64,000 nucleotides of DNA, from NCBI GenBank assembly GCA_017462915.1, contig JAFTQG010000046.1, positions 15,856 to 79,855 on the forward strand, written 5' to 3'. Below are positions 47,924 to 57,059 of the stretch, piece by piece. The notes beneath the pieces are model-generated. The model searched no databases, had not been told where the DNA came from, and was given only the letters and a program-made list of their open reading frames with translations. A program made the position numbers and the translations under genes. The stretch's first letter is position 1, and every line of letters starts with the position of its first letter. Source of the DNA: Prevotella sp. Its GTDB lineage: Bacteria; Bacteroidota; Bacteroidia; Bacteroidales; Bacteroidaceae.

Positions 47924-47954
47924 ACTTTTTGTTTTCCATTACATTTACTTTTAT

Positions 47955-48153
47955 AAGTAAGTCACCAAAATTAATGTATGGTATAAAGTGTTGGTTGTTT
48001 TTGAGATGTTTTCGTCTTGTAACGAAGAAGCATAACGGGCTATGTAACTGAGTGACAAGGCGGAAACAGCCAAAAAGAACAAGGTTTTATACATACAAGA
48101 TGTAAGCACTTGCTTTATCATTGATAGTGTCGTCTAATTGGGGCGACTTACTT
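47955..48153. mobile_element. MITE-like long-hairpin element, copy 2 (199 bp)
   Basis: Paralogue of 2337-2532 in the same orientation. It fills the gap between the gtrB-like stop (48158) and the acyltransferase start. Confidence 0.6.
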
Positions 48154-48157
48154 GTCA

Positions 48158-49090
48158 TCATTGCATTTCGTCAGTCTCCCCTATCATATAAGGAGGTCTG
48201 TTCTTTGTTTCGTTAAAGATTCGTCCTATATACTCGCCCAATATGCCAAGGCAAATAAGCTGTATGCCTCCCAAGAAGAGAATGATTACGACCAAGGTCG
48301 TGAAACCTTGCACTGGGTCACCAAAAATCAATGTCTTGACCAAATAATACAACAGGAAACAGAAAGAGATAAAGGCTATGACAAAGCCGGAGATGCTTGC
48401 AAACCGTAATGGCGTAGTGGTGAACGATGTTATGCCTTCAATGGCAAGGTTGAACAAAGAGAAGAAATTCCAGTTGCTGTTTCCTGCCACACGGTCTCCA
48501 CGATTGAACACTATTTCCTTCTTCCTATATCCTATCCAGCAGAACATACCTTTGGTGTAGCGTTCACATTCACGCAATTCCTTCAGCGCATTGACACACT
48601 TCCTGTCTAACAGACGGAAATCGCCGACATTCTGCAACACTTCAAATCTGGTAGTCGCATCCAATATACGGTAGAACAGCAAAGAGAACTGCTTGCGAAG
48701 CCAACTTTCCCTGCCACGGTCTGCACGTTTGGCGTAGACGTCCTGGTATCCCTGTTCCCAATATTCCAACATCTGCGGAATCAGCGACGGAGGGTCCTGT
48801 AAGTCTGCATCCATAATCACCATGCAATCGCCTGTCACATAATCAAAACCGGCAAGCATGGCATTCTCCTTTCCGAAATTTCGCGACAAGCTGACATATC
48901 TTATGCGTTTATCTTCTTGATGCAATGCCTTTACCATCTCAAGAGTGTGGTCACTGCTACCATCGTCAACAAAAACGACTTCCCACTCATACTCCGAATG
49001 TGAGTCCATCAAGCTGACAAGCTCCGGATATAACAAAGGGAGAGATTTTTCTTCGTTATAAGCGGGGACTAAAATAGAAACTTTCTTCAT
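48158..49090 (-). CDS. gtrB: GT2 polyprenyl-phosphate glycosyltransferase, GtrB-like
   Basis: ATG 49090 gives MKKVSILVPAYNEE..VFVDDGSSD..DADLQDPP. Two C-terminal TM helices and the adjacent GtrA-family gene fit the family. Confidence 0.75.
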   Translation of the reverse strand: MKKVSILVPAYNEEKSLPLLYPELVSLMDSHSEYEWEVVFVDDGSSDHTLEMVKALHQEDKRIRYVSLSRNFGKENAMLAGFDYVTGDCMVIMDADLQDPPSLIPQMLEYWEQGYQDVYAKRADRGRESWLRKQFSLLFYRILDATTRFEVLQNVGDFRLLDRKCVNALKELRECERYTKGMFCWIGYRKKEIVFNRGDRVAGNSNWNFFSLFNLAIEGITSFTTTPLRFASISGFVIAFISFCFLLYYLVKTLIFGDPVQGFTTLVVIILFLGGIQLICLGILGEYIGRIFNETKNRPPYMIGETDEMQ

Positions 49091-49103
49091 GACTTGTTCG
49101 TCT

Positions 49104-49505
49104 TTATATTTTAACAGCAATTTTTACTAAGAAAAAATTTACAATTACCGATATGACCAATGTCGGTATGTAAGCTATATTGTCTGGCAAGTAGCATAGT
49201 TGGACAAATATCCACATCAAACCCATCCTGACAACAAACAGATTGACCAGATGTGCCACTACAACACTTCCCACATTCTTTTTTGAGGGCTTGATTCGGA
49301 ACGTCCAATATACAGTCAGGAAATAGTTTGCAAGAAGGCTGATGCAATATCCCGTCATCAACGCCACCTGATAGCAGGCAACAAATCTTACCGTATAAAA
49401 TATGGCGGCATCTATGCCTGTGCATAAGGCACCTACTATACAGAACCTGACAAACTCCATGAGCTGTGGCTCATGCGTGATTTTATCAATGATTTTTGAA
49501 TACAT
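49104..49505 (-). CDS. gtrA: GtrA family membrane protein
   Basis: 133 aa with 4 TM segments. The N-terminus ..FVRFCIVGALCTGIDAAIFY.. is typical of GtrA-like proteins. Confidence 0.75.
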   Translation of the reverse strand: MYSKIIDKITHEPQLMEFVRFCIVGALCTGIDAAIFYTVRFVACYQVALMTGYCISLLANYFLTVYWTFRIKPSKKNVGSVVVAHLVNLFVVRMGLMWIFVQLCYLPDNIAYIPTLVISVIVNFFLVKIAVKI

Positions 49506-49511
49506 ATATCC

Positions 49512-50468
49512 TTACCCCTTTATCAATTTGAATGTTCTTAGCAGTTGAATGAGGCACCATGTCGCCAGCAGTATTACAACAGGACTCGCAAAAGTATAAA
49601 ACACCTGCCAGGCATCCGGCATCCTTGAAACGAATATTGACAGTAGCTTTATATTGAACAAGTGCAGTATATATATATGCAAAGAATATTTTCTGCCTAT
49701 CCGGCTCATGATTCCTTCCTGCTTGACGTGACATGACAAAGTAAATAGCAAGGCACAAATCGACAGGAAAACTGTGCTTATATATAAATCACCTTCCGCA
49801 CCCCCTAACCATCCGCTTTCTGCATATGAGAGCGACGCGAACAATGCTACACCTCCCAAATATATTTTGGAAGATTGTTGCAGCAACTTCTCTTTGTGTT
49901 GTTTTATGTAGTGGCCTGTCAAGAAAAATGGAATTCCCAGAAACAAGAAATTGCGTGACAAGAAACTATAATATGTATTGTCCAGTACCGACTCGATATA
50001 TTTACCCAATAGAATTCCCATTACCAACAATAATGGAATTGCCCAGTAACTAATTCTCAACAAACTGTATCTTTCAATGAAAATCATGCCTGCCAATACA
50101 TATATATATGCAGCCAAATACCATAAATGATATGCAAACGGATTATTGTTGAATAAAACAAAAGCAACAATAGATTTCAGCAATGGAAAGTTATCTACTT
50201 CTTCTATGTCTAATATGTAATTGACAGTTGCATAAAGCAATGAGCCGGCAACCAATATCCATGATGTTTTGCGAAGATTCTTTTTTACCCCCCCCGAATA
50301 GAAATATCCTGACAACATGAAAAACAAAGGAACAGCACTGCGTGCAATAGGCTCGGTGTAAGAATAGTAAGCGGTGCCAACATGCAACAATATGACAAGA
50401 AAAGCACATACCAGACGGAGAATGTCAATAGAATGATTCCTCATCTTTGTCACAAGCTTTCTTGCCAT
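49512..50468 (-). CDS. acyltransferase family 3 (contains an in-frame G8 tract)
   Basis: MRNHSIDILRLVCAFLVILLHV.. and ..VPLFFMLSGYF.. motifs, about 10 TM segments. Confidence 0.8.
   Translation of the reverse strand: MARKLVTKMRNHSIDILRLVCAFLVILLHVGTAYYSYTEPIARSAVPLFFMLSGYFYSGGVKKNLRKTSWILVAGSLLYATVNYILDIEEVDNFPLLKSIVAFVLFNNNPFAYHLWYLAAYIYVLAGMIFIERYSLLRISYWAIPLLLVMGILLGKYIESVLDNTYYSFLSRNFLFLGIPFFLTGHYIKQHKEKLLQQSSKIYLGGVALFASLSYAESGWLGGAEGDLYISTVFLSICALLFTLSCHVKQEGIMSRIGRKYSLHIYILHLFNIKLLSIFVSRMPDAWQVFYTFASPVVILLATWCLIQLLRTFKLIKG
50288..50295 (-). repeat. homopolymer G8 (coding-strand sense) inside the acyltransferase, followed by A6
   Basis: The coding strand reads tat tcg ggg ggg gta aaa aag (YSGGVKK, codons ~57-63). 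Confidence 0.9.
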
Positions 50469-51964
50469 TTTTTCGATACATTCCTTTTCTGCACAATATC
50501 CGCTTTCGTCACTTCAACCCCGAAAGGAGGCGGTGTCACTTTATGCTTTGAATAGATCTTGCTGGCACCATACTCTGCAATGGGGTGATATCCCATGCCG
50601 GCAACCGTACTTTCATACTGTGCCGTCACCTCTTTGCCATGCAGGAGTATGAAATCAGCCCTACCCTCCATAAGCGATTGCTTTTGTGCCTCTGACATTG
50701 CAGGAGTCATTCCCATCTGTGTTATCCAATAACGGCAGGCAGGAAGTGTATACCCCATGGCAAAACCTGGTTCCTGTCCCATGTTCAATACTGTTGGATG
50801 TTCCACTTGCGAAATCATATATCCGACCTGCTCAAAACGGGTTGTCTTCTCTCCGGCTTTGCAGAAGAATGTTTCGGTATAGTGTATTTTACCCCATACT
50901 ATATACACCAAAGCAACAGCTAGCACACCGATATACACCTGTGGTTTTATCCGGCATTCACGCATTAACAGAAGCACTTGCACTACAGCCACAATAGCAA
51001 ATGGGGCGACTATCGAGATATAATGACCGAAATTGTCGTGCCGGATACTTAAGGCAAGGAAGAATAGGGCGGAGAGGAATGGCAGGGCAGATGCGAACCA
51101 CTCTTTTTTCTTCCAAAGGCACAGCAATGGTAATATGTAGACAATATACAGGAAGCGTTTTGTAGTGAATACATTTTTCCATTCTGCAAGATAAGAGGTG
51201 ATAGTCTCTTTCAAAGGTACTTGAACTGTTTGGAGCGTATTGACAAAATACTCCTGCACGAAATCATTCCAATTGCCCACAGCTATGAAGTATAGCAAGA
51301 ATGGTAAAGCCACTACAACGAATCCTGCAATGATGGAAGATACAGTGCGAACTGTTTCCTTCCTCTTATATGCGTAAAACAAAATGCTTACCACAAGACT
51401 CACAAGCATTACAGCTATGCTCCATTTCATCAGCAAACAAGCTGCAATTCCCACTCCGATTCCAAAATACAATCTGAATGGAAGTTTTGCTCTTTGTTGC
51501 ATCAAACGAAGCAATACATAGATGGCGAATGTCACGAAAAAAGTGCAAAAATGTTCAGCTTTTGTTTCGGTATAGAAATTCCAGTAAAAGAATGGCATTG
51601 CCATTCCCATGGAAGCCAGCAGAGATTCTTTCTCAGGCAAATAAAGACGGGCTATTTTGTAGTCAAGACAGAATGTCAGCCAATAGAATAGACAGCACAT
51701 CCAGAATACACCCACATAAGAATAGTGGTGTATCAGATAGCCAATACCGTAGATAGTCCATAATAAAGGGCCTTTTGAATCTGCGAAGTCTACGTATGGG
51801 ACAAGTCCGTTGAACATGGCTTTTCCACACATAAAGAATACGGACGAGTCATAGTGGTCATTGACGGCGTACAGATAAGAATCTATGTTTACGAACAATT
51901 GTACTGCAATGACGTAAACCGCCAGTATAATGGGGACTCTGTATCGGAACCTTTTCTGTTTCAT
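50450..51964 (-). CDS. polytopic GT-C fold glycosyltransferase (ArnT/PMT-like)
   Basis: ATG 51964 gives MKQKRF... There are about 12 TM segments, an N-terminal loop with DSSVFF..GK..G..PYVDFADSKGPL, and a C-terminal soluble domain. Confidence 0.65.
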   Translation of the reverse strand: MKQKRFRYRVPIILAVYVIAVQLFVNIDSYLYAVNDHYDSSVFFMCGKAMFNGLVPYVDFADSKGPLLWTIYGIGYLIHHYSYVGVFWMCCLFYWLTFCLDYKIARLYLPEKESLLASMGMAMPFFYWNFYTETKAEHFCTFFVTFAIYVLLRLMQQRAKLPFRLYFGIGVGIAACLLMKWSIAVMLVSLVVSILFYAYKRKETVRTVSSIIAGFVVVALPFLLYFIAVGNWNDFVQEYFVNTLQTVQVPLKETITSYLAEWKNVFTTKRFLYIVYILPLLCLWKKKEWFASALPFLSALFFLALSIRHDNFGHYISIVAPFAIVAVVQVLLLMRECRIKPQVYIGVLAVALVYIVWGKIHYTETFFCKAGEKTTRFEQVGYMISQVEHPTVLNMGQEPGFAMGYTLPACRYWITQMGMTPAMSEAQKQSLMEGRADFILLHGKEVTAQYESTVAGMGYHPIAEYGASKIYSKHKVTPPPFGVEVTKADIVQKRNVSKKWQESL

Positions 51965-51974
51965 TTCCTTTGTC

Positions 51975-53057
51975 TTATAAATTCTCAATCAATTCCATCC
52001 ATTGTGGCAGAATTGTATTCATGCTAAAGCGATGGGCGGAAGTGTAAGCGTTGCGTCCCATCTGTACACGAAGTTCGTCATCTTTCATTAGTGTGATAAG
52101 CTTTTCAGCAAACTGTGGCACGTTTTCGGGTTCTACAAGCAGACCGTCATACCCGTCGGTGATAATCTCGTTGGGACCGCAAGGACAATCAAACGAGACG
52201 GCAGGCACACTGCATATTGCAGCTTCTGTAAGTACCAGACCAAAGCCCTCGAAGCGTGAAGACAAGGCAAAGATAGCGGCAGAAGACATTTTACCTTGTA
52301 CATCTTTTGTCGGACCCGTGCATACTACATTTCGCAGTCCCATATCACGCGCTTCCTGCTCCAAAGCTTCATAGTCGCCATAGCCACAAACTATTTCCAG
52401 TTGCCAGTCAGGCACTTGCTTTTCCACAGTCTTCCATGCCTCCAACAAGAGGTCAAATCCTTTCTGTGGTGCTATGCGCCCCATGGCTATCACCTTTTTC
52501 TGTTTGCTATGATCTATAGGATGGTCGACTTCAAAAGAAAGCGGATTGTATATCTGTTTCAGGAAATCGGGCTTAAAAGCTGTCTCTCGCAAATAAGTTT
52601 CTCTGTCTGCCTTGGAGATTAGCACAAGTGCATTGGCCTGGTTATGCACCAGTTGCAATGCCTTCTTGCGTAATTCACCTGCACAATAAGAATAGTTGAA
52701 ATGGTCCCACGATATCCATTTTATATCCGTGCCTTTTATAGCAGGAGCTGTCCAGAGGGCATTAAAAGTGTCAATGTCAATAACCACATCTATCTTGTTC
52801 TTTTTAAGATATCGGCGGAAGCGATATGCTCCATACCAGAAATGCCAACGGAACCGACGGTGAAATATGTTATCGAGGATACACCAAAGCTTTATCCTCC
52901 CGTCACAGTGAAAAAAGGGACGGTTAGCCTTGGCATCATAGCTCACCATGTGTACATTGTATCCACGCTCGGCCAGCGCATTGGCCAACCGAAGACCTAC
53001 ACGCTCAGTTCCTCCGCCACAGTCGATGTTGCGGATTGTAAAACAGATGTTCTTCAT
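51975..53057 (-). CDS. glycosyltransferase family 4 (GT-B)
   Basis: ..AAIFALSSRFEGFGLVLTEAAICSVPAVSFDCPCGPNEIITDGYDGLLV. Confidence 0.85.
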   Translation of the reverse strand: MKNICFTIRNIDCGGGTERVGLRLANALAERGYNVHMVSYDAKANRPFFHCDGRIKLWCILDNIFHRRFRWHFWYGAYRFRRYLKKNKIDVVIDIDTFNALWTAPAIKGTDIKWISWDHFNYSYCAGELRKKALQLVHNQANALVLISKADRETYLRETAFKPDFLKQIYNPLSFEVDHPIDHSKQKKVIAMGRIAPQKGFDLLLEAWKTVEKQVPDWQLEIVCGYGDYEALEQEARDMGLRNVVCTGPTKDVQGKMSSAAIFALSSRFEGFGLVLTEAAICSVPAVSFDCPCGPNEIITDGYDGLLVEPENVPQFAEKLITLMKDDELRVQMGRNAYTSAHRFSMNTILPQWMELIENL

Positions 53058-53064
53058 TTTTATA

Positions 53065-54069
53065 TTATTTCCCTAATAAAACCCTATATAATGATGTTGA
53101 AATGGAAAGCATTTTTCTGACCATTAATGAGGAATATGCAATCACAAGAGTCATAATAGCCGATAAAATCGCAATTATCCACCATTGACTTACAGGGTCT
53201 AAGTATTCTCCAATCCACGGCATCTTTAATCCGAGAATAAAGAAATAGTGAATCAAATATATGGGTAATGTATGACGTCCTATCAAGGACAAATGTCTAC
53301 CTATAAATGTTTGCTCCGAAAGCGTATTTTGATATGCAAAACAATATCTGTACAACAAGAAAATCCCCAATAAACCAATCAGTATAGCTTTATAAAAGCC
53401 TCCTCCTGAATGTATCTGTAGTCCAATAAAAACCACCATAGCTGCTCCCATAATCCATTCATTATTTATCAAGCGATGCCACTTGCTCCTGAACATGCAA
53501 CATACAATACCTAATACATAATATGGGAAATGTTCTGCCAAAAGTCGCAGTCCCATCCATCGACAATAGAAGGCTTCATTATGATTCCAATCCCAGAGTT
53601 TAAGTATATGCAGTAATATGGCTATGATTACAAGCGGCAACAATATAATTGTTCCTTTTGAATTGGTCTCTTGCTTTCTGCACTTGGCGTACACTATTGA
53701 CACTAAACAGTGAATGACATTCATGAGAAAAAGGACAAAAGTAAACCAATAACCCCATTTATATTCACCGCCAACACATTCTATCAGTTTAACGTAGTTC
53801 CCATAATATGCACCCACATATAGCAGAAACATTGTTATCGTAGGTAGCATCAAGCATAAAACCCTCTTCTTCAATTGCTTATAAGACAACAGGGGGGGGG
53901 TAAACAATCCGCTGATAAAAAAGAAATTAGAAAGCATAGGGATACTGACAGCCGATGCAATGATTTCCTTTTCCTGAATTCCAAAGCAGAATACTTCTAC
54001 ATGACAGAAAATAACCATAAGCATGGCGATGCCACGCATGCAATCTACATATACTAATCGTTGTTTCAT
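53065..54069 (-). CDS. acyltransferase family 3 (contains an in-frame C9 tract)
   Basis: MKQRLVYVDCMRGIAMLMVIFCHV.. and ..FFFISGLF.. motifs. Confidence 0.8.
   Translation of the reverse strand: MKQRLVYVDCMRGIAMLMVIFCHVEVFCFGIQEKEIIASAVSIPMLSNFFFISGLFTPPLLSYKQLKKRVLCLMLPTITMFLLYVGAYYGNYVKLIECVGGEYKWGYWFTFVLFLMNVIHCLVSIVYAKCRKQETNSKGTIILLPLVIIAILLHILKLWDWNHNEAFYCRWMGLRLLAEHFPYYVLGIVCCMFRSKWHRLINNEWIMGAAMVVFIGLQIHSGGGFYKAILIGLLGIFLLYRYCFAYQNTLSEQTFIGRHLSLIGRHTLPIYLIHYFFILGLKMPWIGEYLDPVSQWWIIAILSAIMTLVIAYSSLMVRKMLSISTSLYRVLLGK
53892..53900 (-). repeat. homopolymer C9 (coding-strand sense) inside the acyltransferase
   Basis: The coding strand reads ttt acc ccc ccc ctg (FTPPL, codons ~56-60). Confidence 0.9.
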
Positions 54070-54073
54070 TATT

Positions 54074-55036
54074 TCAGATGTTTATCAAGGCCATCGGCTC
54101 TTTGAGGATTCCCCATCGGTTCAACCAATACTTCAGTGTGTATTTCCATACCGGTTTACCGTAAACGGTCTTACAACTTGGATACTTGTAAACCTTCCAC
54201 GGTGTCATTCGTAAATATTTCCTATATTCATTCCTATACGGGTGTTTGCACTCCTTAAACCACGGTTTGATAGGCTCACAAAAGTGTACAATATAGGGGT
54301 GGTGACGGACAACATCCACCTCCGGTAAATATTTGTCCAACACTCTTGGCTTTTGCTCAAAAAAGAATGTCGTGGCATTCCACTGGCTGGTAGGCAACAA
54401 CATAATTTTATTTTTGAAATACAGGGCAAAGACATCTTGATCGTTGTTCAACAAGCGTGCATTGTCTTTCAAGAAATCTGCCATTGGACGTTGCTTTTCC
54501 ATTTCCCGCCATTGACCGAGATCTACGACCATTACACCGGAGTTTATATATAAATCATTGTCAGATAGATCTAAACGGTCTTTATGCACTTGCTGATACA
54601 GGTAGTCCTCACAAGCCGCTATCACATTACCCTGCATATCTATGTTGTATAACGGATCAATGTTCGTACGGACAATCATGTCAACATCAAGAAACAGGAA
54701 CCGATTGACATCATCCGGCAAGTATTGCGGAATAAGGGTTTTCAAGTACATTATGCTGTTCCACGCCTTGGTGCTGGTCTCACTCTTCAACGATGCGATA
54801 CTTGCATCCTCATAGTCGTTCTCGATAATGACCAACTGTGATCCAGATCTCTCAACCATCTGATGCAACTTCTTCTTGGTGATATCTTTCATGGAATACG
54901 TCATCAAGAATATACGAAATGTATTCTCCCTATTGTTTTCCAACAAGGAACAAAGCAATACCGCTGCATGCTGAGCATAATTTTCGTCTGCGATGCAGAC
55001 AATATTGTAAAACTGTGTATCTAACATATTCGGCAT
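54074..55036 (-). CDS. glycosyltransferase family 8 (RfaJ/LgtC-like)
   Basis: NIVCIADENYAQHAAVLLCSLLENN.., DxD in FLFLDVDMIV, and NSGVMVVDL. Confidence 0.8.
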   Translation of the reverse strand: MPNMLDTQFYNIVCIADENYAQHAAVLLCSLLENNRENTFRIFLMTYSMKDITKKKLHQMVERSGSQLVIIENDYEDASIASLKSETSTKAWNSIMYLKTLIPQYLPDDVNRFLFLDVDMIVRTNIDPLYNIDMQGNVIAACEDYLYQQVHKDRLDLSDNDLYINSGVMVVDLGQWREMEKQRPMADFLKDNARLLNNDQDVFALYFKNKIMLLPTSQWNATTFFFEQKPRVLDKYLPEVDVVRHHPYIVHFCEPIKPWFKECKHPYRNEYRKYLRMTPWKVYKYPSCKTVYGKPVWKYTLKYWLNRWGILKEPMALINI

Positions 55037-55926
55037 ATTATCTGACTAAGATACAAAGGATCGTTACATTCTCCAACATCATGACCTTCTGGAGCTTCAT
55101 TGGTAAATTTATTTGGAATTGCTTGATGTTGATTTGTTGCCCCTATTTTAAACCATTCATACTCTATATCTAAATGTCCCAAGTCTATTGCCCAATAACC
55201 TAATTTTGCAAGGTCATATGCAAGAACAGTTGCAGACATCCCATAACTCATAAGAATAAGTTTGTCCTTAGATGCATTTTGAGTAATTGCACCCAACATC
55301 TCTTCATAACGTTCAAAAGCATTTGTTGCAGGACCTAATATGCGCTGTATCGTTCGGGCATTATCATATAAATCATTACCTATACCAGAACGTGTTTTCT
55401 CTCCTTCAACAATTACAATATCTTTATTATCCCATATTTTTTTTATTAATGCAATATGAGCAGGACATTTACTCTTGTCCCAATTTTCATTATAAAATCG
55501 TGAGAACTGGGTATTAAGATATGTTCTTCCTGTTGATATTTGTTTATGCAAAAAATTTGAATAACGACATGAATAATGTTCCCAAAAGAATCGAGGCCAA
55601 CCATCAACAAGCATGGATACATCCTTCAGTGGCAATGGAATTCCTATCATATGATTGGGAGCGTCATTAGCAGACATTACCTCCATAAGACGTGCAGCCA
55701 ACTTAGGATCAGGAGTTTGAAAGCCATTGCCCAATCCCATCATAACATAAAACTCTCCATCACCAAAACGACTGACAGAGCATCTATTATCAATTATATA
55801 TTTTATCGACTGCATCGAGTCCAATATATCATATCTTTGATTATATCGGTATGCTAAAGGAATTCCTATATAACGGAAATACCATTCTCGTACAGTTTGA
55901 TATAATGTCGTTTCGTAGTAATGCAT
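55021..55926 (-). CDS. DUF1792 / SP_1767-type (GT-D) glycosyltransferase (tentative)
   Basis: The motif SVSRFGDGEF near residue 50 is what I recall for the GT-D/DUF1792 family. ATG 55926 is preferred over TTG 55935. Confidence 0.55.
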   Translation of the reverse strand: MHYYETTLYQTVREWYFRYIGIPLAYRYNQRYDILDSMQSIKYIIDNRCSVSRFGDGEFYVMMGLGNGFQTPDPKLAARLMEVMSANDAPNHMIGIPLPLKDVSMLVDGWPRFFWEHYSCRYSNFLHKQISTGRTYLNTQFSRFYNENWDKSKCPAHIALIKKIWDNKDIVIVEGEKTRSGIGNDLYDNARTIQRILGPATNAFERYEEMLGAITQNASKDKLILMSYGMSATVLAYDLAKLGYWAIDLGHLDIEYEWFKIGATNQHQAIPNKFTNEAPEGHDVGECNDPLYLSQIICRIC

Positions 55927-55935
55927 AATTGTCAA

Positions 55936-57033
55936 TTATGAATTGAGAGATTGTTCTAAAAAATGATATGATTCATTTTGAAACAGGCTTAAATCCACAT
56001 TAGGAGCCTTTCTTAAATCTTTTGAAATGTCAACTTTATTTTTATCAAGAATAAGCCTATGTTCCTGTCCAAACATTTGTAATAAAGAATATATACGTGC
56101 AAGTCCTCGCTCTTTATTACCTATGACAACAAAGGGTTTGTTGAAAATCAGAGAAAACACACAAGCATGGAAACTGTCTGTTACAACAAATTTTGCATCG
56201 GAAAATCCTTTAAGCCAGTATTCTACCGAAGGCTTTACCTCATGGTCTTCATTTGCAATAACAGAGAAAGGGCGAATTTTCTCTTCTTGCACAATTTGTT
56301 TTACGATAGCTGTTTTTTCAGATGTTGCATCCAGTATATAGCACAACAAGTCGCCGTCACTTTGGGGAATGTTTTGACTATTGATAAGCTTTATATAATC
56401 TTCTTTATCCAACAACATAGTGGGATCGAGTACGTGCGTGGCTTTACAGCTTAAATGCTTTTGACACAATTCCACTGCAGATTTTTCTCGAACCCCTATT
56501 GCCTTGAAAGTACGAGCCATTTCTGTGCATTTGCGTGTTTCTTCTTCATCGTAGTCCCATTCGTCAATACCGAAAGAGGCGGCATAGGCAACTCGCTTGA
56601 TTGACCAATCTTTGCTAAAGAACAAGAAAGCATCTTCCATTCCTCTCTGATATTCGATATGAAAATAAAATCTTCTCCATATTTGATCACTTCCTACTAC
56701 AATAGCATCGAAATTACTTGAAGAAATAGCATCAAGAGATGTTACATGAAAAGTATGTATGTGCCTATCAATAAAGTTCTGAATTTCACCACAAATGGCA
56801 GTTAGATAATGGTTGCTGTCTCTTTCGGCAAATATATGAACATTCTTTTTCAGAATGAATTTATTAAAACCACGTTCAATGTATTTATAGAAGGGTGGCA
56901 AGTCTTTAATATTATCTTTACCAATGACTTGCACCTCATGTCCCATGCGTTCCAGCACAGTCTGCAGGGCGTATGCTTGAAGAATTCCCCCATAGTTAAC
57001 ATGGAGTGGAAGTGTAAGTATTCCTATTCTCAT
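55936..57033 (-). CDS. polysaccharide pyruvyl transferase family protein
   Basis: MRIGILTLPLHVNYGGILQAYALQTVLERMGHEV.. is a typical N-terminus, and C-terminal ..VVTDSFHACVFS.. also fits. Confidence 0.8.
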   Translation of the reverse strand: MRIGILTLPLHVNYGGILQAYALQTVLERMGHEVQVIGKDNIKDLPPFYKYIERGFNKFILKKNVHIFAERDSNHYLTAICGEIQNFIDRHIHTFHVTSLDAISSSNFDAIVVGSDQIWRRFYFHIEYQRGMEDAFLFFSKDWSIKRVAYAASFGIDEWDYDEEETRKCTEMARTFKAIGVREKSAVELCQKHLSCKATHVLDPTMLLDKEDYIKLINSQNIPQSDGDLLCYILDATSEKTAIVKQIVQEEKIRPFSVIANEDHEVKPSVEYWLKGFSDAKFVVTDSFHACVFSLIFNKPFVVIGNKERGLARIYSLLQMFGQEHRLILDKNKVDISKDLRKAPNVDLSLFQNESYHFLEQSLNS

Positions 57034-57059
57034 TGAATTCTTGTCTTAAATGTATTCTA

